Positions 31,124 through 41,548 of a stretch of DNA of 64,000 bases are shown piece after piece; the first letter of the stretch is position 1; each line of letters opens with the position of its first letter. Origin of the DNA: an uncultured delta proteobacterium. Lineage in GTDB: Bacteria; Myxococcota_A; UBA9160; SMWR01. A program made the translations under genes and the position numbers. The notes below the pieces were generated by a model. It ran no database searches, had not been told where the DNA came from, and saw nothing but the letters and a program-made list of their open reading frames with translations. The stretch covers positions 320,001-384,000 of the forward strand of contig CAWHTE010000001.1 of NCBI GenBank assembly GCA_963832165.1. Direction: 5' to 3'.

Positions 31124-32432
31124 CTAGTCCCGCTCGATCGCGAAGTGGTCGACGCGCCGACGCGGCGCACCTCCTTCCGGAATACCGACGATCTCGACCT
31201 CGAGACGGCGTGAGTCGATCCGCAACACTCCGTAGTGGTGACACTCATCATTGCGTACGGCGATCTGCGGCGGTGTCGCGCAAGTGATCCGAGAAAAATC
31301 GCTCGAACGGTTGGACCGCTTTCCGGCGGGACTGACCTTCGCGTAGACGACGCCGCTCCCCGCGCGAATCCGCGCGGGGTCCGCTGCAGCCACGCGCGAC
31401 GCACCTTCGCACAGTGCGAACGTGCGCTCGTAGCTCTGGTCGTGGGCCGAGAGATGCAGATCGACTCCATACCGCTCGAAGATCGGCGGCAGCGCTAGCA
31501 GGACCTCGTCACGTGCCGGGTGCGAACGGCCGTGCGCGAACACCGGGGCGTGTTGATAGACGACGAGCCAGAGTGCGCCCGTCTGGCGCGCCGCAGCGAG
31601 GTCGCGTTCGAGCCAATCGATGTGCCTGCGGTCCGGCAGGATCCCCGGGGCGAATAACGCGCAGAAGTGGGTCGGTCCTACGTCGAACGAGTAGCTGCGG
31701 ACGCCTTCCTCACCCGCCGGAAGTGCAAGTCGGCCCGCCCACTCGTCGTAGCCTTCGCCGAGCATGATCTCGTGATTTCCTAGCACCGGCATGAACGGGG
31801 CAGTCGCAAAAAGGGGTTGCATCTGATTGAACCATGCATCGATCGCATCGGCCGGGTCGACGAACCGCAGATCGGTGTCCTCGTACGCGTAATCGCCCCG
31901 CCCAATGCGACCGCCGGCGCATCGGCGACGATCTCGCCGACCACGCGCGAAGCGGCGTCCGCCAGACCGTCGGGCCGGCCGCCACTCCAACGTCGGCAAA
32001 GAACACGGCGCGGAAAAACCCTTGCGACGGACTCGGCGCCGTGCGCACGCGGTGCACCGCACTCCAGCGCGCATCCGAGTTAGACCCTCTCGAGAGCCGA
32101 TATTCGTACGTGGTGTCGGGATCGAGCTCGCCGACCGCGCAGTGATAGATCCATCCGCCGCACCCGATCGCAGGCATGGCCTGCGCGGTGATTCTTCGCC
32201 ATGTGTCCGCGCCGAGCGGTCGGATCTCGACGCTCGAAGCCGTGCGCGCTGCGCGCGCATTCCAACGGATCGCGAGGCTCCGTGCGGGATCGCCTGTCCA
32301 CGACACGCGGATCTGCGACGGCTCGAGTGGACCTCGGCGGAGGAGTCGGCGCACGGGACGGAGTCGACGAACGGGCCACGCGATCAGCCGGCGAACCCGA
32401 CGCCGCGAGAGGAGGGCACGGATAGACACCAT
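31124..32432 (-). CDS. Purple-acid-phosphatase-like metallophosphoesterase with FN3-like N-domain, two frameshifts (~31980, ~31898)
   Basis: PSQIRVSW...IYH...LDPDTTYEYR; FADVG; after correction LGGGDYAY; then LGNHE, QHAP and SAHDQSYER. Confidence 0.82.
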
Positions 32433-32512
32433 GTTCGATCTCTACAGGAGTTGTAGCTCCACTTCATCGAGCACGCGCTGGGTTGGCGGCGGGCAAATTT
32501 TGCCGGCTGCGC

Positions 32513-32537
32513 GGGGGTAGGATGGGGGTAGGATGGG
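32513..32537. repeat. Tandem 11-bp repeat (GGGGGTAGGAT)x2 + GGG
   Basis: Read directly in the intergenic sequence. Confidence 0.8.
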
Positions 32538-32613
32538 AATACCACTTCCGTCGAGAGCGAGAACCCGCGAGCGTGTCAGGAAGGGAAACCGAGCGCGCGG
32601 CGTCGCTCGAGCC

Positions 32614-35107
32614 TCAGGTCCCGATCCGGATCAACCGCACGAGCGGAAGCTCCGGATCGCGTTCCTGGCGCAGATCGACTTCGCCGTGCAGCGCCCATAG
32701 ATTGTCGCCGCTCGCGTCGACGAGCACCTGCGTCGCATCGAAGTGGCGCGGACCCGAGGCGCGCAGCGCCGTGTGGTGTGCGCGCCGCGCCTCGGGTGTA
32801 AAGACGATCGTCTCCGTACTCCGCGTGAAACGGCGCGAGGGCCCGCTCGAAGCGAGCCGCGTCCCACGGATCCGCGGGATCCGGGTGCACCCAGCGCACG
32901 GCCTCGTCGTAGTCGCGCGCGGCGAGCGCGCGCAAGAGCGAGAGCAGCTCGGAGCGCACTCGCGCGGTGAGCAGCCGCGGCTGCAGCGCGAGGTCGAAGC
33001 GGGGCAGGGCGGGCTGCTCCGGAGCCTCGGGCGCCGGCGCCACCAGGCTCTCCCACGCCTCGAGCAGGCTCGTGTCGACGCCCGCGATCGCCGCGCGCAG
33101 GAACGCGATCACGTCGTAGACGGCGTCGGTCTTCGCGGCCGCGGGCAGCGTCTTCACGAGCGTGTTGTGGACCTGCGACAGGTAGCGCAGGAGCAGCCCC
33201 TCGCTGCGCGCGAGCGAGAGCTCGGCCACGTAGTCCCGAAAGCCGAGATAGCGCTCGACCATCTCGCGCGCGATCGACTTCGGACGCACGTCGTCCTCGC
33301 GCGCCCACGGATGGTGCTGCGCGAACTCGCGGAACGTCTGGTGCAGGAACTCCTCTTCGGGCTTGGGATGGGTGACCTCATCGAGCCGGCGCATGCGCTC
33401 CTCGTACTCGACGCCCTCGGCCTTGAGCCGCGCGATCAGCTCGTCCTTCGCGCGCCGCGTCTGCTCGGCGAGGATCGGGCGCGGGTTCTCCTGCACCGCC
33501 TCGACCACCGACAGCACCTCGAGCGGATAGGCATCCGCGTCCGGGTCGAGCGCGGCAACCGCCTCGACGAGATAGAGCGAGAGTGTGTCGTGCAGCGCGA
33601 AATCGGTCTGCAGATCCTCCGAGACGCGCACTTCGCGGCTGCCGCCGCGCGCGCGAGACAGCTCGACCACCTCGGCCGAGACGAGCGAGCGGAACAGCGC
33701 GGCCGCGCGGCGGCGCTGGCGCGCCTTCGAGACGGCGCTCTCGTGCGAGCGGTTCACGAGCCGGATCACCGTGCCGTAGTCCGCTCCGCTCTCGCGCTGC
33801 AGCACGCCGAGGATCACGCCGTGCGAGACCTCGAAGTGCGAACGCAGCGCCTCGGGCGGGCGCGACACGAGCTGCTCGAACGTCTCGCGGCTCCACGGCA
33901 CGAAGTCGCGCGGCGGCCGCTTGCGCACGACGCGCTTCGCGCCGCTCTTCTGCTCGAGCCGACGGTTCTCGATCACATGCTCGGGCGCCTGGCATACTAC
34001 GCAGCCGCGGTCGTCGAAGCCCTTGCGGCCCGCGCGTCCGGCGATCTGGTGGAACTCGCGCGCGCGCAGGATGCCGACCTTCTCGCCGTCGAACTTCGAG
34101 AGCTTGTTCAGCACCACGGTGCGGATCGGCACGTTCACGCCGACGCCGAGCGTGTCGGTGCCGAAGATCACGCGCAAGAGCCCCTGCTGCGCGAGCCGCT
34201 CCACGAGCAGTCGATACTTGGGCAGCAGCCCCGCGTGGTGGATCCCGATGCCGTGATTCAGGAAGCGCTTCACGTCCTTTCCGTAGGCCGTATCGAAGCG
34301 CACGCTGCGAATCGCGTCTTGGATCGCGTCGCGCGCCTCTCGCGAGGCGAGCTTCGCGCTCGTGGCCCCCTGCGCGAGCTCGGCGCACTCGCGCTGCGTG
34401 AAGTTCACGACGTAGACCGGGGCGAGGTCTTGCTCGACGAGATCTTCCAGCGTCTCGTGCAGCGGCGTCTCGCGGTACTCGAAGTCGAGCGGGACCGGGC
34501 GCGTGTCGGAGTGCACGTGGACGACGCCGCGCTGGGTGAAGTCGGCGAGCCGCTCCTCGATCGCCGCGGTATTGCCGATCGTGGCCGACATCAAGAGGAA
34601 CTGGCTGTGGCGCAGCACGAGCAGCGGAATCTGCCAGGCCATGCCGCGCTCGCGGTCGTCGTAGTAGTGGAACTCGTCGAGCACGACGCACGGCGCGTCG
34701 GTCGTCTCACCGCCGCGCAGCGCCATGTTCGCGAGCACCTCGGTGGTGCAGCAGATCACGGGTGCGCCCGGGTTGATGCTCGCGTCGCCCGTCAGCATCC
34801 CGACGCGATCGGCGCCGAACTCCTCGCACAGCGCGAAGAACTTCTCGGAGACGAGCGCCTTCACGGGCGCGCAGTAGAACGATCGCTCGCCCGCGCACAG
34901 CGCGCGGAAGTGCAGCGCGATCGCCACGAGCGACTTCCCGGACCCGGTGGGCGTCGACAGCACGACGTGACGCCCGGCGAGCAGCTCGAGGATCGCCTCC
35001 TCCTGCTCCGGATAGAGCGAGAGGTCCTGATCCGCGACCCAGTCCACGAAGCGGTCGAGGATCTCCGCCGAATCGACGCCCGCAGCGATCCGATCGGCGA
35101 GACTCAC
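32614..35107 (-). CDS. Ski2/HelY-like SF2 helicase with DUF3516-type C-terminus, frameshift near 32815
   Basis: TPTGSGKS, VLDEFHYY, MSAT, HHAGLLP, TDTLGVGVNVP and QIAGRAGR. After a +1 correction the C-terminus reads TIVFTPEARRAH...QVLVDASGDNLW...RLIRIGT*. Confidence 0.92.
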
Positions 35108-35994
35108 CGCCGGATCACGACCACGCGCCCGATCAGATCCGGCGGCGGCGCGACCTCCGCGCTCGCGAGCTCGATCCGCGCGCCGACGCCCTGCACGAGG
35201 CGCAGCCCCTCGCGCGTCGCGACGAAGCCCTTCGCGCGCAGCGCGCCGAGCCCGCGCAGCCGCGCCAGCACGTCCGCACAGGCGAGGCCCGCGGGCAGCA
35301 CGAGCTCTTCGGCGGCGAAGTGCGCGTGATCGTGCGCGGGCGTGCACGCACCCTCTGAGGAGTCGCGCCGCCGAGCTCGCAGCTGTGCGAGGTCGGGCGG
35401 AAACAAGAGCTCGGGTGCGATCTCCGCGCGCACGGTCGCGAACACGGGCGCGTCGGGCTCCCACGCCCGCAGCTGTGTCTCGAGCCCGGGCAGCGACGCC
35501 GCGGGCACGCGATCGATCTGATTCAGCAGCAGGAAGTCCGCCGACGAGACCTGTTGCGTGAAGGTGTCGTCGAGATCGCGCCCCGCCGCGAGCTGTTCCG
35601 CGTTCACCACGACCACGGCCACGTCGTCGGCGATCCAGCGCCGCACCGGATCGCGCCACAGCTGGAGCTGGGTCTCGAACGGCAGCGCGACCCCGGAAGT
35701 CTCGATGACGATCCGATCGGGCTGTGCTCGCTCGTACAGCGCTTCGAGCGTCTCCACGAGCGCGTCGGAGAGCTTGCAGCACACACAGCCGCCCGCGAGC
35801 TCGACGTAGTCCTCGCGCACGTCCGAGAGCAGCGCGGCGTCGATGCCGAGCTCGCCGAACTCGTTCGAGATCACCGCGACACGCGTGCCCGTGCGGCGCG
35901 CGTCGGCGAGCAGATGGCGCACGAGCGTGGTCTTGCCGCTGCCGAGGTAGCCCGAGGCGACGAGCACGGGAACCCTGCGAAACTTGCTGCTCAT
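35104..35994 (-). CDS. COG0523/CobW family P-loop GTPase (metallochaperone)
   Basis: SGYLGSGKTT, NEFGELGID, GGCVCC, IETSG, a short His stretch HDHAH, and LRAKG. Confidence 0.93.
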   Translation of the reverse strand: MSSKFRRVPVLVASGYLGSGKTTLVRHLLADARRTGTRVAVISNEFGELGIDAALLSDVREDYVELAGGCVCCKLSDALVETLEALYERAQPDRIVIETSGVALPFETQLQLWRDPVRRWIADDVAVVVVNAEQLAAGRDLDDTFTQQVSSADFLLLNQIDRVPAASLPGLETQLRAWEPDAPVFATVRAEIAPELLFPPDLAQLRARRRDSSEGACTPAHDHAHFAAEELVLPAGLACADVLARLRGLGALRAKGFVATREGLRLVQGVGARIELASAEVAPPPDLIGRVVVIRR

Positions 35995-36887
35995 GCGGCG
36001 TCGTCGAGCGGGCCGAGCTCCGGCAGCGGAGCGGCGCGCAGCTCGGCGTAGACGCCGAAGTGATCGCTCGGCCACACGCCGTCCTTCGGCTCGTTGCACA
36101 CCACGCGGCAGTGCGTGATCTGGCCGATCCCATCGCGCCTCGGGAAGCCTGCGAACACGTAGTCGATCCGGCGGTCGGGTGCGAGGTTGAGCCGCGCGTA
36201 GTCGTTCGCGTTCGACCAGGTGAGGCCGCTCGTGCCGTCCCCTGCGGTGCGCCACGCGTCGAGCATTGCCACGCTGCGCCCGCGCAGCGATTGCAGGCCC
36301 GTCACATAGCGGATCTCCGCCGATTCGGGCTCCGCGTTGAAGTCGCCGAGCAAGAGCGGTGGAAAGCCGCCGCGCCGCCGTCGCGCGAGCACGTGGTCAC
36401 ACGCGACCACCACCTGGCGCTCGCGCACCTCGGAGCGATCGAACTCCCAGTGCAGGTGGGTGCAGGTGACCGAGAACGGTCCGACCGGCTGCGGCGCGTT
36501 GATGCTCACGGAAAGCGCCGAGCGCGTCGCCTCGTCGCCGGCGTCGGGCAGCGGCAGCACGTCGCGTTCGGTGATCGGCCAGCGCGTTGCGATCGCGTTG
36601 CCGAACTCGGTGGCTTCGCGGGTTCCGGGCGCGCGCTTGGGATCGCGCCAGAACGGCGAGGCGCCCGCATACTCGACGTTGTAGACGGTTCCGTGCAGCA
36701 GCTCGGCCACCTGGTCGAACGTGGGCCCGCGCAGCGCCTCCTGGAAGCCGATCACGTCGGGATCGAGCGCCTCGATCCAATCGCGCACGAGCTCGCGTCG
36801 CGCGGCGTAGGGTCCCGAGTCGTGCCACAGGTTGAGCGTGAGCACGGAGACGACGTCGGGCGAGCGCAGGTGTGCGATCCGAGTCAC
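35991..36887 (-). CDS. Endonuclease/exonuclease/phosphatase (EEP) family protein
   Basis: TLNLW, GFQE, THL, GDFNA, RIDYVF and PSDHFGV. Confidence 0.93.
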   Translation of the reverse strand: MTRIAHLRSPDVVSVLTLNLWHDSGPYAARRELVRDWIEALDPDVIGFQEALRGPTFDQVAELLHGTVYNVEYAGASPFWRDPKRAPGTREATEFGNAIATRWPITERDVLPLPDAGDEATRSALSVSINAPQPVGPFSVTCTHLHWEFDRSEVRERQVVVACDHVLARRRRGGFPPLLLGDFNAEPESAEIRYVTGLQSLRGRSVAMLDAWRTAGDGTSGLTWSNANDYARLNLAPDRRIDYVFAGFPRRDGIGQITHCRVVCNEPKDGVWPSDHFGVYAELRAAPLPELGPLDDAA

Positions 36888-37858
36888 GCCGCGAGGCCGA
36901 GCGACGCGAGCGCCTCGAGCGCCGCGAGCCGCTCGTGCAGATCGGTGCCCGGCACCTGTGTGCGCGCGATCAGGTGCGTCATGCCGAGCTTCTCGCGGTG
37001 GCGCAGCACCTCGTCGCGCACGCGAGACGGTGAACCCAGGATCGCGAAGTCATCCGCGTCGGCGCCGCCGGAGCGGCGCAGCACCGCCGACGCGGAGCTA
37101 CCGAGTGCGAGCGCCTGGCGCTGGAGCGCGTCGCGCACGCGCGAGATCACCGCCGCGTCGGGATGCGCGAACACCGTGCGCATGATCGGCACGGCGAGGT
37201 CTGCTCCGTCGTGGCCGTGCAGCGCGAGCGTCTCGCGATGCATCGCGTAGTTCGCGACCAGCGCCGCCTCGCTCTCGATCGGTGAGGCGAGGTAGGGCAG
37301 CCCGAGCCGGCCGGCCTGCTCGAGGGCTTTCGGGCCGAAGGCCGCCACCCAGATCGGCGGATGCGGCACCTGGACGGGCCGCGGCGCGAGCACCGACGGC
37401 TCGCCGGGCAGATCGCTGTCGGGCGCCACGGGCCGACCCGCCCACGCATCGCGCATCGCTGCGAGCGCGGTCTCGAAGCGATCGCGTTTGGTGCTGCGAT
37501 CGACGTCGAACGCCGTGAACAGGGACTTCCGGAATCCGCGTCCGACTCCGAGGATCACGCGGCCGCCCGAGAGGCGATCGAGCACGGCCACCTCCTCCGC
37601 GACCTGGATCGGATGGCGGATCGGCAGCAGATAGGAGGTCGTGCCGAGCCGCAGCCGCGTCGTGCGCGACGCGATCGCCGCGAGCCACAAGAGCGGCTGC
37701 GGGATCGCGGCGGCGCCGCTGAAGTGTCCCTCGGGCAGCCAGAACGAGTGGAAGCCGAGCTGCTCGGCGCGCTCGGCCTGGGAACAGAGCGCCTCGGCAC
37801 CCGCCTGGGTGGGAAAATCCCAGGGCGTGATCCCGATTTCGAGCGCACCACCGTTCAC
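36884..37858 (-). CDS. Luciferase-like (LLM) flavin-dependent oxidoreductase
   Basis: WLPEGHF, AIASRTTRLRLGT, AEEVAVLDRLSGGR and PRPVQVPHPPIW. Confidence 0.92.
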   Translation of the reverse strand: MNGGALEIGITPWDFPTQAGAEALCSQAERAEQLGFHSFWLPEGHFSGAAAIPQPLLWLAAIASRTTRLRLGTTSYLLPIRHPIQVAEEVAVLDRLSGGRVILGVGRGFRKSLFTAFDVDRSTKRDRFETALAAMRDAWAGRPVAPDSDLPGEPSVLAPRPVQVPHPPIWVAAFGPKALEQAGRLGLPYLASPIESEAALVANYAMHRETLALHGHDGADLAVPIMRTVFAHPDAAVISRVRDALQRQALALGSSASAVLRRSGGADADDFAILGSPSRVRDEVLRHREKLGMTHLIARTQVPGTDLHERLAALEALASLGLAA

Positions 37859-37901
37859 CCCGTCAAGCTAGCCTTTCGCGCTTAATCCTGCGGAGGCTGT
37901 C

Positions 37902-40559
37902 GTGCGCGCGTTCTGGGTCAGCCACGCCCACTGGGATCGCGAGTGGTACCGCACGTTCCAGGCGTTTCGCGCGCGGCTCGTCGACGCGGTCGATGCGCTG
38001 CTCGAGCTGTGCGCGGCCGACCCGGACTACCGCTTCCTGCTCGACGGCCAGACGATCGCGGTCGAGGACTACCTGGCGCTGCGGCCGCAGCGTGGGGCAG
38101 AGCTTCGCAGCCTCGTCGAGGCGGGTCGCGTGACGATCGGCCCCTGGTACGTGCAGCCCGATTCGCTGCTGCCTGCGGGCGAATCGCACGTGCGCAACCT
38201 GCTCGAGGGTCGCAGCAGCGGCGAGGCGTTCGGCGGTGCGTCGCGGATCGGCTACACGCCCGACTCCTTCGGCCATCCCGCTCAGCTGCCGCAGATCCTC
38301 GTGGGCTTCGGCCTGCGCGCGTTCATCTACTGGCGCGGACACGGCGACGAGCTCGCAGATCTGCCGCCCGAATACGACTGGCAGTCGCCCGACGGCAGCG
38401 CGGTGCTCGCGTGCCATCTGCGCCAGGGTTATTTCAACGCCGCGAGCGACGCGCGCTCCGACGCCGACGAGACCGCTGCGGCGATCGCGAAACGCGCGCT
38501 CGAGCTCGCCACGCTGACGCGCTCGGGCGCGGTCCTGCTGCTCAACGGGATCGATCACGCGCCACCCGAGGCGCGTGCGCGCGACCTCGCGCAGCGCGTC
38601 GGGCGCGCGACCGGCTTCGCCGTGCAGCGCGCGCTGCTCGAGGATTTCGTCGCGGTGGTCGAGTCTGCGACGGGCGATCGCCCCACACACCGCGGCGAGC
38701 TCGTGGGTGCGCGCGTGGCGCCGCTCCTGTTCGGCGTGTGGTCGACGCGCAGCTGGATCAAGCTCGCGAACCGCGCCGCGGAGTGCGAGCTGCTGAGCTG
38801 GGCAGAGCCGTGGGCCGCGCTCGGCGCGCAGCTCGGCGCGTCCGACGAGCGCCCCGCGTTGCGCGCTGCGTGGCGCGAGCTGCTCGCGAACCAGGCACAC
38901 GACTCGATCTGCGGCTGCTCGCGCGACGAGGTGCACGAGCAGATGCGTGCGCGCTTCGACGCGGCGCACGAGCTCGCGCGCGAGACGTCCCGCCGCGCCC
39001 TCGAGCGCGTGGCCGGGCTCTCACCGCTGCGCCGCGGGAGCTGGAGCGACGAGCTCGATCTCGCGGTGTTCAATCCATCGCCGCACTTGCGCACCGACCG
39101 CGTGCGCTTCGCGGTCGATCCCCACCCGTTCGTGGTCCCCGCCGCGCGGCCCCAGGAGATGATGCACCCGGCGCTGTTGCGCGAGGCGGGTGCGGGATCG
39201 TACGAGGCCGACGGTGTGGCACTGCGTGCGACGGCGGCGCGTGAGCCCGGGCGGCTGTGCCTCGTGCCCGACCGCGCGCCGCCGGACCTCGAGCTCGTCG
39301 TGCGCGACGTTCCCGCGTTCGGGTGGAAGCGCGTGCGCGTTCGGCGCAGCGAGCGCGCGCAGCCCTGCGCGACCGTCGAGGTCGAGCCCGGCAGCCCCGC
39401 GGCGCAGATCGCGGGCGCGGGCCTGCGCGTCGCAGTGCGCGCCGATGGCAGCTTCGATCTCGAGCAAGGCGGGCGGCGCCATGCCGGTCTGCTCGCGTTG
39501 GAGGATCTCGGAGACCGCGGAGACAGCTATGACTTCGATCCGGTCGGGGAGAGCGACGCTGCGGTCGAACGCGTGCGGGTGGTGCGCGAGCAGCACCCGG
39601 CTGGCATCGCTCGGTTGCACATCGAGCGCGTGATCTCGGTGCCCGCGCGACTCGCATCGGATCGGCGCGCGCGCAGCGGCGAGCGCAGCGAGCTCCGGCT
39701 GGACACCGAGCTCTGTCTCGCCGAAGGCGTGCCGCGCGTCGACGTCGAGCTCCGGCTCGACAACACCGCACGGGATCACCGCCTGCGGCTGCTGTTCCCG
39801 CTCGGTACCGGGGTCGCGCATTGCGAAGCGGCCACCACGTTCGACGTGGTCGAGCGCGCGCCGGGCGCGCGTCGCGACACGCAAGGACGCGAAGCGTCCG
39901 CGCAGCGAGGCGCAGCCGAGCGAAGCGTGGGCCCCCGCGAAGGTTGGGTTCAGCGCGCGCCCACGACGTTCGTCCACCAGGGTTGGATCCACGCCGCCGG
40001 ACTCACGGTCGTGGCGCCGGGTCTGCCCGAAGCGGAGCTCTGCGCGACTCCAGCGGGTTCCGTGCTCGCGCTCACGCTCGTACGCGCGGTCGGCTACCTC
40101 TCGCGTTCGGATCTCGTGACGCGCCCGATCCTCGCGGGCCCGGGCACGTCGGTGCCGGGCGCGCAGTGCCAGGGCGAGCTGCGTGCGCGGCTCTCGCTGT
40201 TCGCGGGCCTCGATCCCGCGGCCGCACTCGACGCCGAGTGGGGCCTCTGCGCGGTCGAGGCAGGGCCGGCGGACGATGCGCTGTGGCCGGAGGGCACACC
40301 GCTGCTCGAGATCTCGCCGCGGCCGATCCTGCTCTCGGCATTGAAGCCCTCCGCGGGCGAGGGCGTCGTGCTGCGCGTGCTCAATCCGAGCGCGGACCGG
40401 CTCGACGCCGAGGTGCGCTTCGGCTTGCCCGTAGCGCGCGCGACGTTCGTGCACCTCGACGAGTCGCCCGCCGGCGGGGAGCCTGCGCGCGAGGGCGGGG
40501 CACTGCGCTTCCCGGTAGGTCCGCACGCGCTGCGTTCGCTGCGTGTGGTGTTTGGCTGA
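37902..40559 (+). CDS. GH38 alpha-mannosidase (MngB-like)
   Basis: SHAHWDREWY, LDGQT, GPWYVQPD, PDSFGH (nucleophile Asp), NGIDH and HDSICGCS. Confidence 0.93.
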   Translation: MRAFWVSHAHWDREWYRTFQAFRARLVDAVDALLELCAADPDYRFLLDGQTIAVEDYLALRPQRGAELRSLVEAGRVTIGPWYVQPDSLLPAGESHVRNLLEGRSSGEAFGGASRIGYTPDSFGHPAQLPQILVGFGLRAFIYWRGHGDELADLPPEYDWQSPDGSAVLACHLRQGYFNAASDARSDADETAAAIAKRALELATLTRSGAVLLLNGIDHAPPEARARDLAQRVGRATGFAVQRALLEDFVAVVESATGDRPTHRGELVGARVAPLLFGVWSTRSWIKLANRAAECELLSWAEPWAALGAQLGASDERPALRAAWRELLANQAHDSICGCSRDEVHEQMRARFDAAHELARETSRRALERVAGLSPLRRGSWSDELDLAVFNPSPHLRTDRVRFAVDPHPFVVPAARPQEMMHPALLREAGAGSYEADGVALRATAAREPGRLCLVPDRAPPDLELVVRDVPAFGWKRVRVRRSERAQPCATVEVEPGSPAAQIAGAGLRVAVRADGSFDLEQGGRRHAGLLALEDLGDRGDSYDFDPVGESDAAVERVRVVREQHPAGIARLHIERVISVPARLASDRRARSGERSELRLDTELCLAEGVPRVDVELRLDNTARDHRLRLLFPLGTGVAHCEAATTFDVVERAPGARRDTQGREASAQRGAAERSVGPREGWVQRAPTTFVHQGWIHAAGLTVVAPGLPEAELCATPAGSVLALTLVRAVGYLSRSDLVTRPILAGPGTSVPGAQCQGELRARLSLFAGLDPAAALDAEWGLCAVEAGPADDALWPEGTPLLEISPRPILLSALKPSAGEGVVLRVLNPSADRLDAEVRFGLPVARATFVHLDESPAGGEPAREGGALRFPVGPHALRSLRVVFG

Positions 40560-40565
40560 TTCGCC

Positions 40566-41538
40566 CTACACCAACATCTTCACGCCGTGATCGGGGTCGC
40601 GCGTGCCGATCTCGAGCGCTGCGGCGCGCGTGTGTGCCTCGAGCGCGGGTCGCCCGGCCACTACGAGGCGGATCCTGCCGAGCGCGATCTTCGAGTTCAG
40701 GCAGTAGGTCATCGCACCGTCGGGGTTCTCGTAGTGGAGGCCGACGAAGTCCTCGGTGTCGGCGGAGAAGGTCCCCTGGATGCGCGCGTTCGCGTTCGCG
40801 GCGCGGAAGGACCAACCGCGCGGCTCGATCCGACCGCGCGCTCGCAACAGACTTCCCGGCAGCGTGAACGCGTGGCGTTCGCCCGCATGCTCCGCGATCA
40901 CGAGCGTGACGGGCGGCGAGAGCAGCGCTCCGAGCTTCACGCGGGCGGTGATCCCCTCCACGACCAGATCGTCCGCGCCGTCCCAGACGTTGCAGTGCAT
41001 CCACGCGTAGAGATGGGTGTGGCGCTGCCCCCAGTTGTGGCCCTGCATGCCGCGCCAGCCGTCGACCTCCACGCGGCGATCACCGACGCGGTAGTACCCC
41101 GTGAAGCGCAGATCCGGGTGCGGACTCACGATCTTCGAGTTGCCGGTGCCGTCGGAGTACAGCCGCTGCGGGCAGCGGTGCGAACGGCGCTGCATCGCCC
41201 GTGAACGCGAGGTCCCACTCGATCGGTCCACCGCTGCCCGTGAGCACACCGCGCGTGCGCGCAGGCGCGAGATGGACATCGGCGACGCGGATCGCGAGCG
41301 CCTCGCGCGAGAACGAGGCGCTCGTCCAGGGCACCACCCGCTTCGCCGCGCCGTGCCCGAGCTCGCGGTCGAACGCCACCGCCCACGCCTCCGCCACGGC
41401 GGGCTCGCCGAGCTTTCGCAGGATCGTCGCCTTGAGCCAGAGCGCGCGTTCTCCGCGCGCGTCGTTGAGCTTGATGAAGTGGCTCTCGACGTGTCCGCGC
41501 GGCGAGTCCGGGTCGAAGCGCGTGGCATTCCAGTTCAC
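40566..41538 (-). CDS. Hypothetical protein, tocopherol-cyclase/AttH-like beta-barrel; frameshift near 41169
   Basis: ORFs 41080..41538 and 40566..41528 join as APLP/QRLYSDG; motifs GHVESHF and GMQGHNWG..H...YAWMHCN. Confidence 0.65.
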
Positions 41539-41548
41539 GCGTGACCGC

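Noticed and set aside
32576..36133. 1185-aa helicase with a long N-terminal extension
   Set aside because: The extension is an alternative frame of the CobW and EEP genes. The helicase starts at GTG 35107.
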